A model generated the notes under the pieces. It was given only the letters and a program-made list of their open reading frames with translations. It searched no databases and was not told where the DNA came from. From assembly GCA_963702895.1 (NCBI GenBank), contig OY969767.1, forward strand, positions 1 through 64,000: 64,000 nucleotides of DNA. Direction: 5' to 3'. This DNA comes from an uncultured Elusimicrobia bacterium. GTDB taxonomy: Bacteria > Elusimicrobiota > Elusimicrobia > 2-01-FULL-59-12. A program made the position numbers and the translations under genes. Positions 37,601 to 52,600 of the stretch are shown one piece after another. Position 1 is the stretch's first letter. Each line of letters begins with the position of its first letter.

Positions 37601-40600
37601 ACCCACATGACGCCTGAGTCGTTGCCTGTGAGCTGGACCTCCGGCATCGTGCCGGTTGGCACGATATTGTATTGGGCGTCTGTCTGATAAACCGTGACGA
37701 CAAAATTCTGACCCGCGACCTGCGGACCGGGCGTGCCGGTCTTGCCTGTGGCCGATCCTGGCACAAGGGTCTCACCAGGAGCAAGGACAAGGAGTTGAGT
37801 GGCGGCGCCCGGCACAACCGTGAAGGTCCCCGAAACCGGCGATGTCGAGGCAGTCCAGGTGGTCCCGCCGTCCTGCTGATTCGTATCAACGGCCGCAGCG
37901 GTATGGCTTCCCGCCGTGCGCATCTGGACCGTGAAGACGCCTTGCGATTGACCATTGACAAAGGTTTGCGTCGCGGAGACGACACCGAAGGTGTCTGAGG
38001 TGACGATCGAGAGGTCTTCCGCGTTGTGGCTGGTCACCGGGTTAAAGTAAGTATCCACCACTTTCACCGTGGCCGAAACCGGCGAACCGGCGGTCAAGGT
38101 CGTGACGGGCCCCGATTTGCCGGGCGCGCCGGAGCCAGGTGTTTCTGATTCCACGGGCATGAGCAGAAGGAGGTTCGATGCGGTCCGCGGACTGGCCGTC
38201 AGGATTGATGAGACAGAGGTCGTCCATGGCGGCGCGTGTCCCGCCGACACATCGGTGAGGACAAACTGGTGTGTGGCCGCCTTGAAGAGCGACATGCCCG
38301 CAAACGTCACTTGCCCGGTCAGGGCCGTCGTGTTTTCAGTGGCCGACGGGATCGACGCGTAGGGATCGGTATTGTTCTGGACCGAGATTTGGATGGACGC
38401 GCTGTTGGCGCCGCTCGAGGCAGGCGGGACCGTGATGATGTTGTAGAACTTGTCTGTGACAAACCCCACCACGTTCAAAACGTTGCCGACGGTATAAGCG
38501 GAGACAGGACCGGTCTTGCCCGTGGCCGTTCCGGGCGCGGCGGACTCGCCCGGCAAAAGGGCGAGAAGATTGCGGGTGAAGCCGCTGGAGCCATTCGCCT
38601 GAACAGGGACTCGCGAGGACGTGAAGGCGGTGTAAGAATAGGTCGAGCTGGCTTGCAAGGTCCACCCTTGAGTGGAGGCTGTGACCAGGTTGTAGCTCAC
38701 CGCAAAGGAGCCCGTGCTGATATACACCAGGACCGGATCTTTTCCGTCAGAGGTCCAGGGGCCCGTCGAGGTATTGTTGGGATCCGAGGACACCAGACGT
38801 ACGGGCCCCGTGGCGCTTGTCACCGGGTTCCAGAAGGCGTCCACGAGACTCACCGTCACTCTAAACATATTTCCCGCCAGTTGTGTATTCGGAGTTCCCG
38901 TAACTCCTCGCAGCAGCGATAAATTGCCGGGGACCGCTGTCTCGCCCGGGAGGACGAGCTGGACTTTGGAGGCCGCTGCCGCCGTTACGGTGAACGTCGA
39001 TGAGGCGGTGGCCAGGACCGGAGAATCACTATTGTTGTCTACGGCAAAAAGGGTCGTTAACCCCGCGGTGTAGGGATTGACAGTGTTGACCGTGAGTTGT
39101 CCCGCGACGAGGCTGAAAGAGTCCGGGTTGACGTCATAGGGGTCACTCGTGTAAACGAAGACGGGGTTGCGTCCTGTGGACACCACGTTGGAATATTGAT
39201 CGGTCGCGTAAATCGTCGCTTCAAAGGCCGTGCCGGCCGTTTGGGTTGATGCGATGCCGGTGTAGCCGCCGAGCGTGCCGGGGTAGTGCGTCTGGCCAGG
39301 CAGTAGGATCAGCAGTTTTGTGGGACCCCCCGGCGCCACCACCACATTCGTGCTGGTGTCCGGCAAGTAGAAGTTTCCTGTCGCGGTGCTGGCCGCGAAG
39401 GACCAAGCTCCCGTGGTGACCAAAACAGCCCCGAAGGTCGCGGAAGCCGTGCCCGGATCGAGCGACTGCGGGTTTCCGCCGATGAAGGCAGGCTCCGTAT
39501 CATTCGGGTCGGTGCTCAAGAGCTGCACGCTGGGCAGAGCGGCATTGGTCTGCACGTTGTAGTAAGCGTCCGTCAGCCTGACCGTGACGTTGTAGGCTAT
39601 GCCGGCTGTTGCGTTGGAAGGTGAGCCAGTGCGTCCTTCGATGGTGACGTTGCCCGGGACGGCGGTTTGATTGGGCAGCAAAAAATGAAGTTTGGCGGCG
39701 GGCCCCGGGCCGACAGGAATCGTCGCGGAAGTCGCGGAGGAAAGCGTCGTGGCCGAACCGGATGTGGTCGAAACGCTCAGTGTCCATCCACCGGGGCTGG
39801 GATTGGCTTTGGCAAAGACCATCTGGAAGAGGGTCGTTCCGGCCGTGAGCGTCTGGGGCGCAAGGCTTGCCGCGTAAGGATCGTTGCTCGCCAGCGTCAC
39901 CTGAGCGTTGGCGGGGACAAGGTTCCAATTCGCGTCGACGGCATTGACGGTCACCGGGAAGCTGACACCAGCGGCCTGTGTGGTGATGCTCACGGAGGTC
40001 TTACCGGTCGGCGAACCCGGCGCGGCGGTCTCGCCGGGCACCAGCAGCTGGAGTTTGACAGGCACGTTGGCGAACACGGAGAACGTGGAGGATAAAACCG
40101 TCATGGAGCTGGGATCAAGCGCAGCGCCCGACTGCCACGTCGCGGTAAAGGAGGTGGAGGCTGTGGCGACTGTGAGCACGAAAGCATAGGTCGTGGTCCC
40201 CGTTAAGGGCAGGATTGGCTGAGGGGCATAGGTATCCGTGTTATTCTGCAGTTTGACGCTCACGCCGGCGTCGGCCACCACGTTAAAATGCTTGTCAACC
40301 ACACGGATGATCACATGGCTCGAGATCCCGGTCGTCCAAGCTTGCGTCGCGCCGGTTCGGCCTGTCCCATTGAGGTTATAGGTGCCTAAACCCCCCACGC
40401 CTGTTTCGCCGGGGAGCACGAGTTGCAGAGTCTTCTGCGTGCCCGAGCGGACAGGGATGCTCGGAGACACATCCGTCTGTCCGGGCGCAGTGAGCGTGAG
40501 GGCCCACCCGGAAGCATTCGCGGTGACAAAGGTCCAGGTGGAGATCAGCGATCCGCTGTTTAAGGACACAGGCAACGGATCGGTTTGATATTCACCCGGG

Positions 40601-43600
40601 CGGTGGTCGTAAGGATCGCTTGACGTCAAGGTCATCCCGCTAGGCTGGGCGCTGGTCACGTTGAAGTACCGGTCGACGGCGCGAAGGGTGGGGTTAAAGC
40701 TCGCCCCCGCCGCTTGGGTGCTGATGGTTGTCGTTGCTTTTCCTGTGGCGGTTCCCGGAGCGCCGGTTTGTCCGGGCACCAGAACTTGAACCGTACTGTA
40801 ATCGGTGGCTGCCATCACGAGCCCGCCCGATTGGTAAGGAGCTCCGGTCGTAAAGCCAGCTGCGGAGGCGTTGAGATAGGTTGTTCGTGTGCCGTTCGGG
40901 AAGATTTCGGCGGTCTTGAGCATGAACGGCATCGTGACGACGCCTGCGGACATGATCTTCGGGCTGTCGGTCGAAGGGGACACCATATTGGGGTCATCAG
41001 CGCTGAGTGTGACCACGGGGTTGGTGCTCGTCACGATGTTGTAGTAATTGTCCACAGCGCGAATTTGAACGTAATAAGTGGTCCCCACCATAAACGGCCC
41101 GGAAGGCGAACCTTGTTTGCCGGAACCGGCAGAACTTCCCTCCTGGCTGCTTTCCCCGGGTGCCAGCACCAGGAGTTTCGTGGCGACATCCGATTGAACG
41201 ATGACCCATGTCGACAAGCTCCTCGTGTAGGGATCTCCCGTGGAAGTGCTCGCCGTAATCTGCCAGCCCGCGGGGTTCCGAGTGATCATGGTCACGTTGT
41301 TGAAGACGGCTTGTCCAGTGGGATTGGGGTTGACGCCTGTTTGCTTGGAACCCAGGGCCGTGACGCCGGCGCTTGCGAACGGATCATCCGTCGCGAGCTG
41401 CACAAAGGTGTCGACCGTATTGGCCCGGTTGAAGTAGTTGTCGACAAGATTGACCGTCACGTCAAACGCCTGGCCGGCCGTAAACGGCTGGACGCCTCCC
41501 GTTCCCAGATCCCCATCGGGCAAGCCGCTGTAGCCGCCATTTTGTCCTTGGTCATAAGGGGCCTTGCCGGGATCCGACGTTTGACCTGGCAAGAGGACCT
41601 GGAGTTTGGCTGCAGGTCCCGCTCCAACGGTGACAGGGTCGGAAGTGGTGCTGATGAGGACTTGTCCAAGGTAACTGGGAAGAGTCGACACGGACACGGT
41701 CCATGGCCCAGGGGCTTTCACAAACGTGATCGCGAAGGGTGTGGGGCCGTTCACGACCTTGGTCGCCGGATCCACATCATAAGGATCGGTGGTCAGCATC
41801 TGAATTTGAGGCGTCAAGTCGATCCTGGGGTTGTAGAACCGGTCCGTGATGGTCACGGTGCTTATATAAGGAACACCAGCGGTCGCCGCGTCCGCAGTCC
41901 CCGTAAAGCCGCGCGCCGATCCCGGAACAGCGGTCTGGCCCGGCAGCACCAGCAGGATGTGATCAGAGGTTGTGGAGTTCACAACAATGAAGTTGGAGGT
42001 GTCCGAACTCACCGTGATCGCGGAGGCCGCCGTGGTCGCGGCCGTGACTTGCCAGCCAGGGGACGTGTTGGCGGCTTTGAACATGATATTGAAAGTGCCC
42101 TGACCGCCGATGCCTAAGGTGAGCGGGTTGGGCGCCACGGTTGCGTAGGCGTCTGTCATCGTCATGTTCACCGTTGGCTGAACGGCTTGAGCCACCTTGT
42201 TAAACCGGCTGTCCACCAGATTGACGGTCGCGACCCAGCTCGTTCCGGCGGTTGTGACCGAGGGCGAGCCTGTTTTGCCGACAGGCGCGCCAGGGACTGC
42301 GGTCTCTCCAGAGACCAACAGCTGCAGATGAACAGGCGTGCCGGTGTTGACCGGGATGGCGCTCGAAGTCGAGCTCGGCACGCTAAAACCGCTTGCGTAA
42401 ATCACCTGCGGACTGAAGGTGACGGTGGAAACAGCGAGCGTCACGTTGACGCCGGCAACGCTTAAGCCTCCGGAGAGATTCACCGTCCCGGCGGAGAGCG
42501 ACCCGTAGATGTCCGACAGCGACAGGGCCACAACGCCGTTTGTGGAGACCGTGTTGTAATAGGCGTCGACCGCGCGCAGAGTTCCGGCGGCCAGCGCAAA
42601 CGAGGTGCCGGCGGTCTGCGGCTGCGGCGTGCCTGATTTGCCGGAGTTCGCGAGATCGCCAGGGACCGCTGTTTCGCCTGGGACTATGATCTGGAGTTTG
42701 GCGAGAGTCCCGGCATCCACGGGAACGGGCGAGGAATTGTTGATGGCAAAGAGGTTGCCGCTGGCGGACCCGCTCGAGGTGAGGACCCAGCCTGGCGTCA
42801 GGTTTTTCGTCGCCAACTGCACGGAGGTGGCGAGGATGCCGCTGGTGGTCGGCGCGCCGCCCACGAGAGGATTACTGACATGCGGATCATTGGTTTGGAC
42901 GTAGATATTGGGCTGACCGACCGAAGGCGTCTCCACGAGGTTCCAGTAATCATCGACCGTGCGGACCGTGATGGGGATGGCCTGGCCGGCGGTGAAGGTG
43001 GCCGGGGCCCCCGTCTTGCCGCCCGTGCCGAGCGGGAAGTAGCCCGTCCCTTGCGCGGGGTTTTCTCCTTGGACCAGGATCTGTAGATTTCTCTTCGTGA
43101 CATCCGGATCGACGGCCAGCGACAGATAGGCTGCGTTAAAGCCTGAGGCCGTTGCCGAAGCGGTCGTGAGGGTGGGGGTTGTGCCGCCCAGATCCGGCGT
43201 GCGCTTGGTCACCCAGTTCCACTGGAAGGTGGTGGTTCCTTGCGTGAGCGTCTTCGCGAAGCTCGCCGAGGGTTTGGCGTTGGCGTCATCGGTGACGATG
43301 GTGACGGCGGGATTCGTTGAGATGATGTTTCCCCAGGTGTCCGTGGCGTCGAGCGTAAAGGTGATGGTGGAGCCCGCGACAAAGTGGGTGTCCGCAGCAG
43401 GGCCTACCGGCGAGCCGGTCTTACGGTCTGTGCTTCCGGGATCGGCGCTTTCTCCGTTGACGAGGAGCCGCAGGAATTTCGCGCTGCCTTGCCCGGAATC
43501 CGGATAGACCCTCGCCTGCGGCGACGTATAGGTGGGATTGCCGAGCCCCACCACGGTCGCCTGGAGGGTCTGATCGAACCCGTTGTAATCGACAGCCTTA

Positions 43601-46600
43601 AAGAGCGTCACGCTGTAGGTCGTGGTGCCGTTCACCATGTTCTTCGTGCCGATGCCGGTCGCGTGCGTGTCCTGAGGTGCGCTCAGGGTGACGGTGGCCG
43701 CCGAGCTCGTCTGGTTCCAATAAGCGTCCGTGGCATAGACGGTGACCATCTGCGCGGTCCCCGCAGTCCAGTTGGAGGGATTGTCCGGCGTGGCCTTGCC
43801 GCCTGTGCCTCCGGAGGCGGGCGTGTGAGGAGGCTTGCCCGTCATATAGGTTTCGCCCGGCAGTAGAATCAGAACCCGGTCAATCGCTCCTGAGGCGATC
43901 GGGATCCCTGCTACGGTCGCTGTGGAGTACGAGCAGGTGCCGACCTGGCAGTAGATATCCAGGCTCTGGGTCCCGGCTTGATACATCTGGACGGCGAAAT
44001 GGGTAGTGCCAGAGAGGAGGGTGTTCGTGGCGCCGTCAAGATCGTAAGGATCGGAACTCTGGAACCAGACAGACCCCGTCGCTGCGTTGCCCACGGGGTT
44101 GTAGTAATTGTCGGTGATGGTGGCGGTGGCGTACCAGAGCGTACCTGCCGTGATGGTCGCCGGACTTCCGGAGAGGCCATTGTTGGAGACATCCCCGGGG
44201 ACGAGTGTGAGTCCCGGCAGAGTCACCATAATCTTGGACGGGGCGTCGGCGACGACCGGCAAGAGCGGTGATTGAGCGCTTGTCAAAGCGGCGCCGGCGG
44301 TGGTCGAGACGCTCACGCGCCAACCCGCGGCATTCGCGGTGAGGAACTGGAAGGCGAAGACCGTTGTCCCGTTGACGAGGTTTTGCTGGACGTTGGTCGT
44401 CAGGGCATAAGGATCATCAACGGTCATCTGAATTTGGGCCCCGGCCGAGGCGACGCGGTTAAAGAGGCTATCGGTGGCGTTCACCGTGGCTGTATAGATT
44501 TGGCCCGCGGTGAAGGGTGTGCCGCTATTGGGTGTTCCGGTCTTTCCGGCCGGCGCGGCCGTTTTTCCGGGCACCGCGGTTTCCCCTGCGATCAAGAGCT
44601 GAAGTTGTGTGGCCGCGGACGGGTCGACGGCAAAGACCGTAGTGGTCGCACTCGAGTAGGCGTAGGTCTGCACGGCGCTCTGCCGCACGAAGAAATTCGC
44701 GGTGGTGGTCGACGCCCGGATGGCCGCCGACACGGTATACGAGCCGTTGTTAACCGTGAAGTTGGGCGCGGGTGATGTATAGGCGGGGTAGAGCGTGGCG
44801 TTCGCGCTGATTTGAACAGCCGGGTTCTCGGCATCGAAGATCCGGTTATAGAAGCGGTCGGTGGCGATCACGGTGACAGGCACCATCTGGCCGGCGGTCG
44901 GAGTGGAAAGGCCGGTCCCCGTGAAGGGCGTGCCCGTGCGTCCGCCGGGGGCCGCCGTCTTGCCAGGGGTGTAGGTCTCGCCAGGGAGAAGGGCCAAGAG
45001 CTGATGCGTGTGGAGGCCGCCATTGAGCGTGTCGGGGTTGACGACCACAGGCCCTGTGGTGATGGCCAGAAGAGCGGGCCCTGAGCGTGTGGAGGCGGTG
45101 ACCATCCAGCCTGACGGATTGGCGGTCTGGAACGGATGGTTGTAGGTGACGGTAAAGGTCCCCACGCCCGTTAGGAAGGATTTCGAATTATCCGGATTGT
45201 TGGGATCATAAGGATCGTTGGTCGCAAGCCTAATCCCCGTCGCGCCCGAGGCATAGCCGACTGCGTTGTACCAGGCGTCCGTCATGCGCACGGTGACCCA
45301 ATAATTCTCGCCTGCGATCGTGCTCGTCGGGGCATTGGTTTTGCCGATGGCAGATCCCGGCATGGGACTTTCTCCCGGCAGGAGGACCTGGAGTTTGGCG
45401 GCGGTATTGGCTTGCATGGCGAAACTGGGAGAGGTGTCGCCCATTACGGCGCCGGAAACCCAGAGAGTGTGATTGAGCGCCCCCGCGGCCGGCGTCTGGG
45501 CCGTGAGGAGCGTGATGGTGAAGGTGGTGGAACCGGCGGTGAGCGCCTTCGTGAGAGGAACGGTATCCGACGGTGTGCCGTAGACGTCATCGCTGTAGAG
45601 GCTGACGGCGGCATCGGTGGAGATCCTGTTATTGAAGACGTCCACGGCGTTGACCGTTGCGCTGAAAGAAGTGCCGGCCGTAAAGGGAGCCGCCGGGGCG
45701 CCGTTTTTGCCGGCGGGGTCTCCCGCGAAGCCATAATCCAGCGGTTTTCCGGGCTCCGCTGTTTCACCCTGGACGAGGAGCTGGAAATGGTCCAGAGCGG
45801 CTGGGTTGATGGTGATGTTGGAGACGGTCCCGGTGGAGTATTGATCGAGCGTCGAAGGATAGATGTTCAAGCTCTGGGTGCCGGTGGTGATCATGGTCAC
45901 GGCAAAGTTGGTGGTGCCGCCGGCCAGAGTGCTGGTGGAGCCATCGCGATCATAGACATCGGACGTCTTGAACCACAACGACCCTGTGCCGTTGTTGCCG
46001 ACGGGGTTGTAGTAATCGTCGGTGATGGTGGCGCTGGCAAACCAGAGGCCTCCGGCGATCTGCTTGTCCGGAGTTCCCGAGAGGCCGCCCTGGGAGACAT
46101 TGCCGGGGACGAGTGTGAGTCCCGGCAGAGTCACCATGATCTTGGTTGGCGTATTGGCGGCCACGGGCAGCGCAACGGACTGATCATCGGACAGGGCATC
46201 GCCAAAAGATGTGGAAACGCGCACGGCCCAGCCCGATGGCGTTGCAGTCAAAAACTGCAGGTTAAAGAGGGTCGTCCCGTTGATGAGGTCCTGTTGGATA
46301 TTGGTCTGAACCGCGTAGGGATCATTCACTGTCATCCGAACCTTCGCCGACGCTGAGGTGACGCGGTTAAAGAGGACGTCGGTCGCGTTGACAGAGGCGG
46401 TGGAGATCACCCCCGCCGTGAACGGCGTCGCGGGCGACCCGGATTTTCCGGTGGGAGAACCAGGATTCGCAGTTTCTCCCTGGATCACCAGCTGCAGCCG
46501 GGCGGCAGGGCCTGCGCTCACACCGAAGTTGCTGCCTGTGTTGGCGTTGTAGACGTAGGTTTGCACGGGGGCCACCTGTGTAGCGGTGAAGAGATTGGTG

Positions 46601-49600
46601 CCTCCGGCCTTATTGACGCGCGCGGTAATCGTTGAGGATCCGAGGCTCAGCGTGAAATTCGCAGACGGCGTGAAGACGGGGTAGGTCGAACCGCCTGCGT
46701 TGCCCGTCATTTGTACAGAGGGATTTTCCGCATCGTAGATCCGATTGTAGAAGCGGTCGGCGCCGATGACCGTGACGGGGAAGTTTTCCCCGGCCACAGG
46801 GATCGCGTGCCCAAGAGCGGCGGTGAAATCGACAGATCCTTGTTTTCCGTTGCCAGCCGTGTTCCCTGGGTCATAGGTTTGACCTGGCATCAGGACCAGG
46901 AGACGATGAGTGTGGAGGCCGCCGGTATAGGTGTCAGGACCGACCACCACGGGGCCGGCTGTGGCCGGTGCCGCGAGCGGCCCGCCCACGGTTGATACGG
47001 CAACGTTCCAACCCGTTGTGTCCGCCCGCTGGAAGGGATGATTGAAGGTGACGGAGTAATTGCCCGCCCCAGCGGAGATCCACTTGGAATTGTCCGGGTC
47101 CGTTGGATCATAGGGGTCGGTCGTCGTGAGGGAGAGGTTCGTGGTCTGGCCACTGTTGCCGACCGCGTTATACCAGTTGTCGGTGAGGCGAACGGTGATG
47201 TTATAGTTTTCTCCCGCGACCGCGGGTGTAATCGAGCCCGATTTCCCTCCCACGGCGGCATTGCCCGGGATGGCGCCTTCCCCTGGCAAGAGGATCTGAA
47301 GTTTACTGGGTGGAGTGGCCGCCTGCATCAGGAAATCAGGAGACTGATCTCCCGCCAAGGTCCAGGTCGAAACAAAATGATGGGTGATGGCAGCCGCGGA
47401 AACGTCCTGGGCAGTGACGAGAGTGGCTGTGAAGGTGGTGGTGCCAGCACTGAGAGCTTTCGAAAGGGCTGCCGTGTTGTTGGGCGTGCCATAAGCATCA
47501 TCACTCGTGAGGTAAACGACGCCATTGGTCGAAATGATATTGAAGAAGTCGTCTGTGGCATTGACCGTCACCGAAAGTGAGGTCCCCGCTGTGACAGGAT
47601 TTCCATTGTTGGGTTGACCCGACTTCCCAGGGGGGCTTGCGGAGACATTTCCGGCCTCAGCGGTTTCGCCTGTGACGAGGAGTTGCAGGCGCGAAAGGGT
47701 GGCTGGGCTGACCGTGAAGAAGGCTGAGACCGTGGAGCCATAAACCGTGTCGGGATCGGAGGCCTGCAACCTGTGCGAAAGCGCTGGTCCTGCGGTGTTG
47801 AGCGTGACGGTTGAATTAAAGAGGGCCCTGAAGCCTGTGCTCCCAGGATTGCTCATTTGCTTGCTCGAGGGCATGACCGCGTACTGATCGAGCGGGAGCG
47901 AAGCCGCCGTGAGCTGGACGTATGGTAGCGCGGGACCCGATTTGATCTGGTTAAAGTAATCGTCTACGAGTCGGACTTCGACCTGGGAGATGGCCGTGCC
48001 TGCCGTCTGCGGGTTGGGCGTGCCTGTTTTTCCCGGGCCAGCCGCATAGGCACTCGAGCCCGGTGTGGGTGTTTCACCCGGCAGGAGGACCTGGTAGTGG
48101 AGGATGCCTCCGAGATTCGGGCTCACCACGATATTGGAAATGGTTTGTGAGCTGACCGTGGTGCTGTCCACATCCACGACGGTGAAGTTCCAGGTCGTTG
48201 TAGCGGTATAGGGAATCAAGGCGGCGAAAGCTTTCTGCCCCTGGTTCATGGAGCTGGTGCTGTTGCCTGTGGCGTAAAGATCGTTCGACTGGAGATAGAC
48301 CTGGTCGTTGACGTTGGCGCTGTAGAGAGGCCCTTGGCCGCGGTTTCGGTTCCAATAGTGATCGGTCGCATGGACCGTGACAGGGAACGCGACGCCCGCG
48401 GTCGCGGAACCAGGCGCGCCGCTGTTGGTCTTGCCGCTTCCGGCCGGCGAGGTCCCTTCGTCATAAGTCTGGTTGGCCGTCATCACGCGCAGCTTTGTCA
48501 CAGGACCGGGCCACACAGGGACATACGTTGAAATGTCCGTGATGTACTCGCCGATGATCTGATCGGTTGCCGTGATGACCCAACCTCGTTGGTTGCGATT
48601 GGGATGATCGTTGGGAGAGAAGGTATTGTTTTGCGTGTGGAACGTGATGGTCGCAATCGCAACGCCATTGACCAAACCCACCGACGCAGCGCCCGAAACA
48701 TTCGGGTCATTGACCGTCACGTCCACGGTTGGCATCACAAGGCTCCCCGTGATCAGGTTATAGAAGCGGTCTACCAGGCGCACCGTCATGGTGCTGCCCA
48801 GCCCTGCAAATTGCCCAAGCGGGCTCCCGGATTTGCCGCCATTCGTGATCCCGTAGGGCGGCAGGCCCGCTACAGCGGCTTCCCCTTGCAGAATTAGCTG
48901 GAGGCGCTGCGTGTTGGCGCTGGCCGTATCCGGGTTCACGGAGAAGGAGGTGGAGACATAGCTTGGGTTCGTCATGGCGGAAGTCGATTGCACGACTTGG
49001 GAGCCGGCTGTGACAGGTACGAACGCAAAGAGGGTGGTGCCGGAGACGAGGGTCTGGGAAGAAGGCTTCGCCGCGTAGGTGTCATTGGCAAGGAATGCCC
49101 AAATCTTGTCCGTGTTGTCGCTCGTGTCGGTGTTGAAGTACGTGTCGACGCCATAGACCGTGGCCGTCAAGGTCTCGCCCGCGAGCATAGCGTTCGGTGT
49201 GCCTGCTTTGCCTGTCGGGGAACCAGGCACATAAGTCTGGCCGGGCAGAACCACGAGCATCCGATTGGCGGCGCCCGCGTTAATCGTGATATTGGTCGAG
49301 GTGTTGGCCGTCCCCGCTCCTGAGGCTGAGAAGGTCTGGACACCTGAGGTCACCAGGGCATGTGCGAAATTCGTTGTCCCAGAGGTCAAAGGCCTATTGC
49401 CAGGGGTCGCCGCATAAGGGTCACTCGTGACGACTTGGACCGTGCTGGGGCTGCTGGAAGGCGTGACGTTCCAATATTGGTCAACGGCGTTGACCGTCAC
49501 ATTAAAGGGCGAGCCCGCCGTAAAGTTGAGCGGCACGGTATTCTTGCCGGCCGGCGCCGTCATTTTGCCGCCTGCATTGCTTTCTCCCTGGATGAGGACT

Positions 49601-52600
49601 TGCAGGCCGACGGTGGTGTTCGGGATCACGTTGATGCCCGATTGAACTGCGGGAGACACCGCGGGTCCTGCGACCGCTTGAACGGTGAGAGACCGGTTGT
49701 TGGCCGCTTTGACGGGGACAAGGCCTCCGCTAAAGACATGAACACCCAGGTCGGCCGCCGTAAACGCGTAATTGGCTGGCAATCCATTGCCCGAGCTTTC
49801 AGGCCCCGCCCCCCCATCCATCAGGAAGCCCACGGTTCCCGTATAGGTGACGGCGACGTTGCCGCCATTATCAAGGGCCGTGACCGTAATATCTCGTGAA
49901 GTGCCAGCCGTGATGGCGGTGGTGGTGGTCACGCTGATCTGCAACTGAGAAGCCGGCAGTGTGACGATAAAGCTGTTTCCATTGCCCGTGCTGCCGACCG
50001 TTTCAATGTTCCCCGCGCGGTCCAGGGCGCGAGCTTTGGCCCAATAGCGCTTACCGGAAATCCAGATGCTCGCGGTCCCATAGTTCCAGTTCGCGGCACC
50101 GGAGGCGTCAAACCAAAATTCGGAAGTGCTCGAGAAGGAAGAATTATTGACCGCCGTGAAACTGGAGGGATCAAAGAAATAATCTTCAGGGCCCGCGGTC
50201 TGGCTTGTGGGCGCGTTATCCAGGCGCAAGGAAATCTGGACTTTGTTCAGGCCCGCGGGTCCCACATCCGAGGCGGTTCCCGCGACGTTCGTCGGGTTTT
50301 GCTGCACATCCCCGTCCACCGGGAAGGTGACGGTCGAAATCGGAGTATCGGTGTCGAATACAAAGGTGGAGGTTGTGGAGACCACATCGGTATTGCCTGC
50401 GATATCTTTCGCCAAAGCGTGGATTCGATACGAAGCGCCATTGATGAGGCTGCCGGCGTTAAGCCCTGAGGCCCAGTAAGACCAGGGCGCCGTGCTCGTC
50501 GCCAAGAGCATATACTCCGTGGCCGCGCTGAAGATTGATCCGTTAAAGTAATTCGTGTTGCCGCCTGAGATTTCAGCGATGGACAGTTTGACGTTGGCAA
50601 CGCTCGAAGGGAATAAATTCGGGTCATTGGAACTTCCGGTGATATTGGTCAAGGGCTGCGTCACCGAGTAAGCGTTCCCGGTGACGGGCTGCGTGATGGT
50701 CGTGGTGGGCGAAGTCGAATCGACTGTAAAGGAGATGGTGCTGTAGGCGACTTCCACATTACCCGCGTTGTCGGTCGCCCTGGCTTCCACATGGTACTTG
50801 TCATCACCAAAGTAGCTGACCAGAAGTGTCCCGGTCTGGCTCCAGGTGTAGTTGGGCAACACTCCAGGTGTCACGGTGGTGGCAAGCGGGAAACCTTCGG
50901 CTGTTCCTGAATTATCAAAGAGGCCCGAAATCGGGTTCAGATAAAGCCCATCGGAAAAGCGGCCAATGCGCACTTTGACGCTGGAAATCCCGGAACCGTT
51001 GGCGCTTGTATCAAACGCCGCGCCTGCCAGGGAAGTGATTCCGGCGCTCAGGATCGTGCCATCAGCAGGCGAAGTCACGGTGGACGTGGGTGTCGTCGCG
51101 TCCACATTGAAGCGAACGCCCCCCGCGATGAAACTCGGATCGGCGGGGATGTTGCTGGCCTTGTCGACACCACGTACGAAGAGCCGGTAGTAAGCATTCG
51201 AGCTGAAGGCGCCGCTGAGGCTTGTGTAGGACCAGGTGCCGGAGGAGGCGCCCGTAAAGTTCGCGGCCTGCCAAGGGTTGCACGAGCTGGAGCAGTCTCC
51301 CGTCCAGGCACTGCCATTCCAGTAGCGGTTCAGAGCGTCTGTCACCGCGATATCCATCCCTGAAATCCCTGATCCGGAGACCGTGTCATCAGCCGTTCCC
51401 GTAAAGCTGGAGACGGTTCGGTAATAGCCGCCGTTGGTGGGCACGGTAATGGTGGAAGCCACATTGACATTGTCAAAGAGAATCGTGACACCGACCCCGG
51501 CGGGGATATTGGCCGCAAGCGCCCCAAACTCCGCGTTTTCAGCAAGGTCTGTGGCCCGCGTCACGAAGCGGTAACTCTGGCCGCTGACGAGGGCACTCTG
51601 CAGGCCGCCCGGAACGCTCACCGTCCAGGTGTTCGGCGATGTTGTGGTGGTGTTGGTCACCGTGAAATAGGAATAGGTCGGGTCCGTTCCATTAAAGTTC
51701 GTTCCATTCCACCAGTTCGAAGAAATCGCTTTGATGCCCAACTGTATGCTTGAGGTGGAGATGCCAGCGGGGTAGTTGTAGATGCTTCCGGGGCTATCCG
51801 TTGCTGTTCCGGAGACGTTCGTGAGCGTCCTAAAGTAATTGCCGCTGGGCGACGTAATGGCCGAAGTGGGTTTCTGGACGTCATAGACAAAATTGACGGA
51901 AGCGTTGCCTGGATTCAGGGCGTTATCCGTAGCCGTCACGCTGAGTTGATAGAGGTGGTCGTTCACAAAGCTGATGCCGGCTCTGTCAAAGGACCAGGTG
52001 GCGGGTGATCCTCCGGCGGGTGAGGAGGTGTAGAGGTTAAAGGCGCCGGTGACGTCCTGCAGAGTGAGTGTGACGGTGGAAACCCCGGTGGGGTTGGAAC
52101 CTGGATCGGAGGAGGTGCCGGCGAAGGGCGTGGATAAGAGGACCTGGGAATAGAAGCCATTATTGGTCGGCTGGGTAATCGAGACGGTCGGCACCTGGGT
52201 GTCATAGGTGAAAGTGGTGACCTGGGTGGCGTAGCTGTTGCCGGCGAGGTCCGCGAACTGGGCGCGCAGGTAATAGATATTGCCGGAGGTAAGAGCCCCT
52301 GCCGGGATGGTGTAGAACCAGTTCGTGGCGGTGGTGGTGGTGATCCAGGTTTGGACGGTGGGTGCGGACCAGGCGGAACCCGTCCAGTAGGACTTGGCGG
52401 CGCCAAGGCCCGTGGAGATTTCGACTTGCAGGGTGTTTAAGCCAGCCAAGTCATCGGAGGCTGAGCCATACATGCCGATGGTGCTGCTCGAGAGGTTGGC
52501 GTTGGCGTAAGGGTAAGTGATGGCGCCGGTGGGACTCACGTCATCGAGTTTAAAGGAGGCGATATCGGTGCCGATGGAGGCAGGCACCGAGAGGTTGCCG

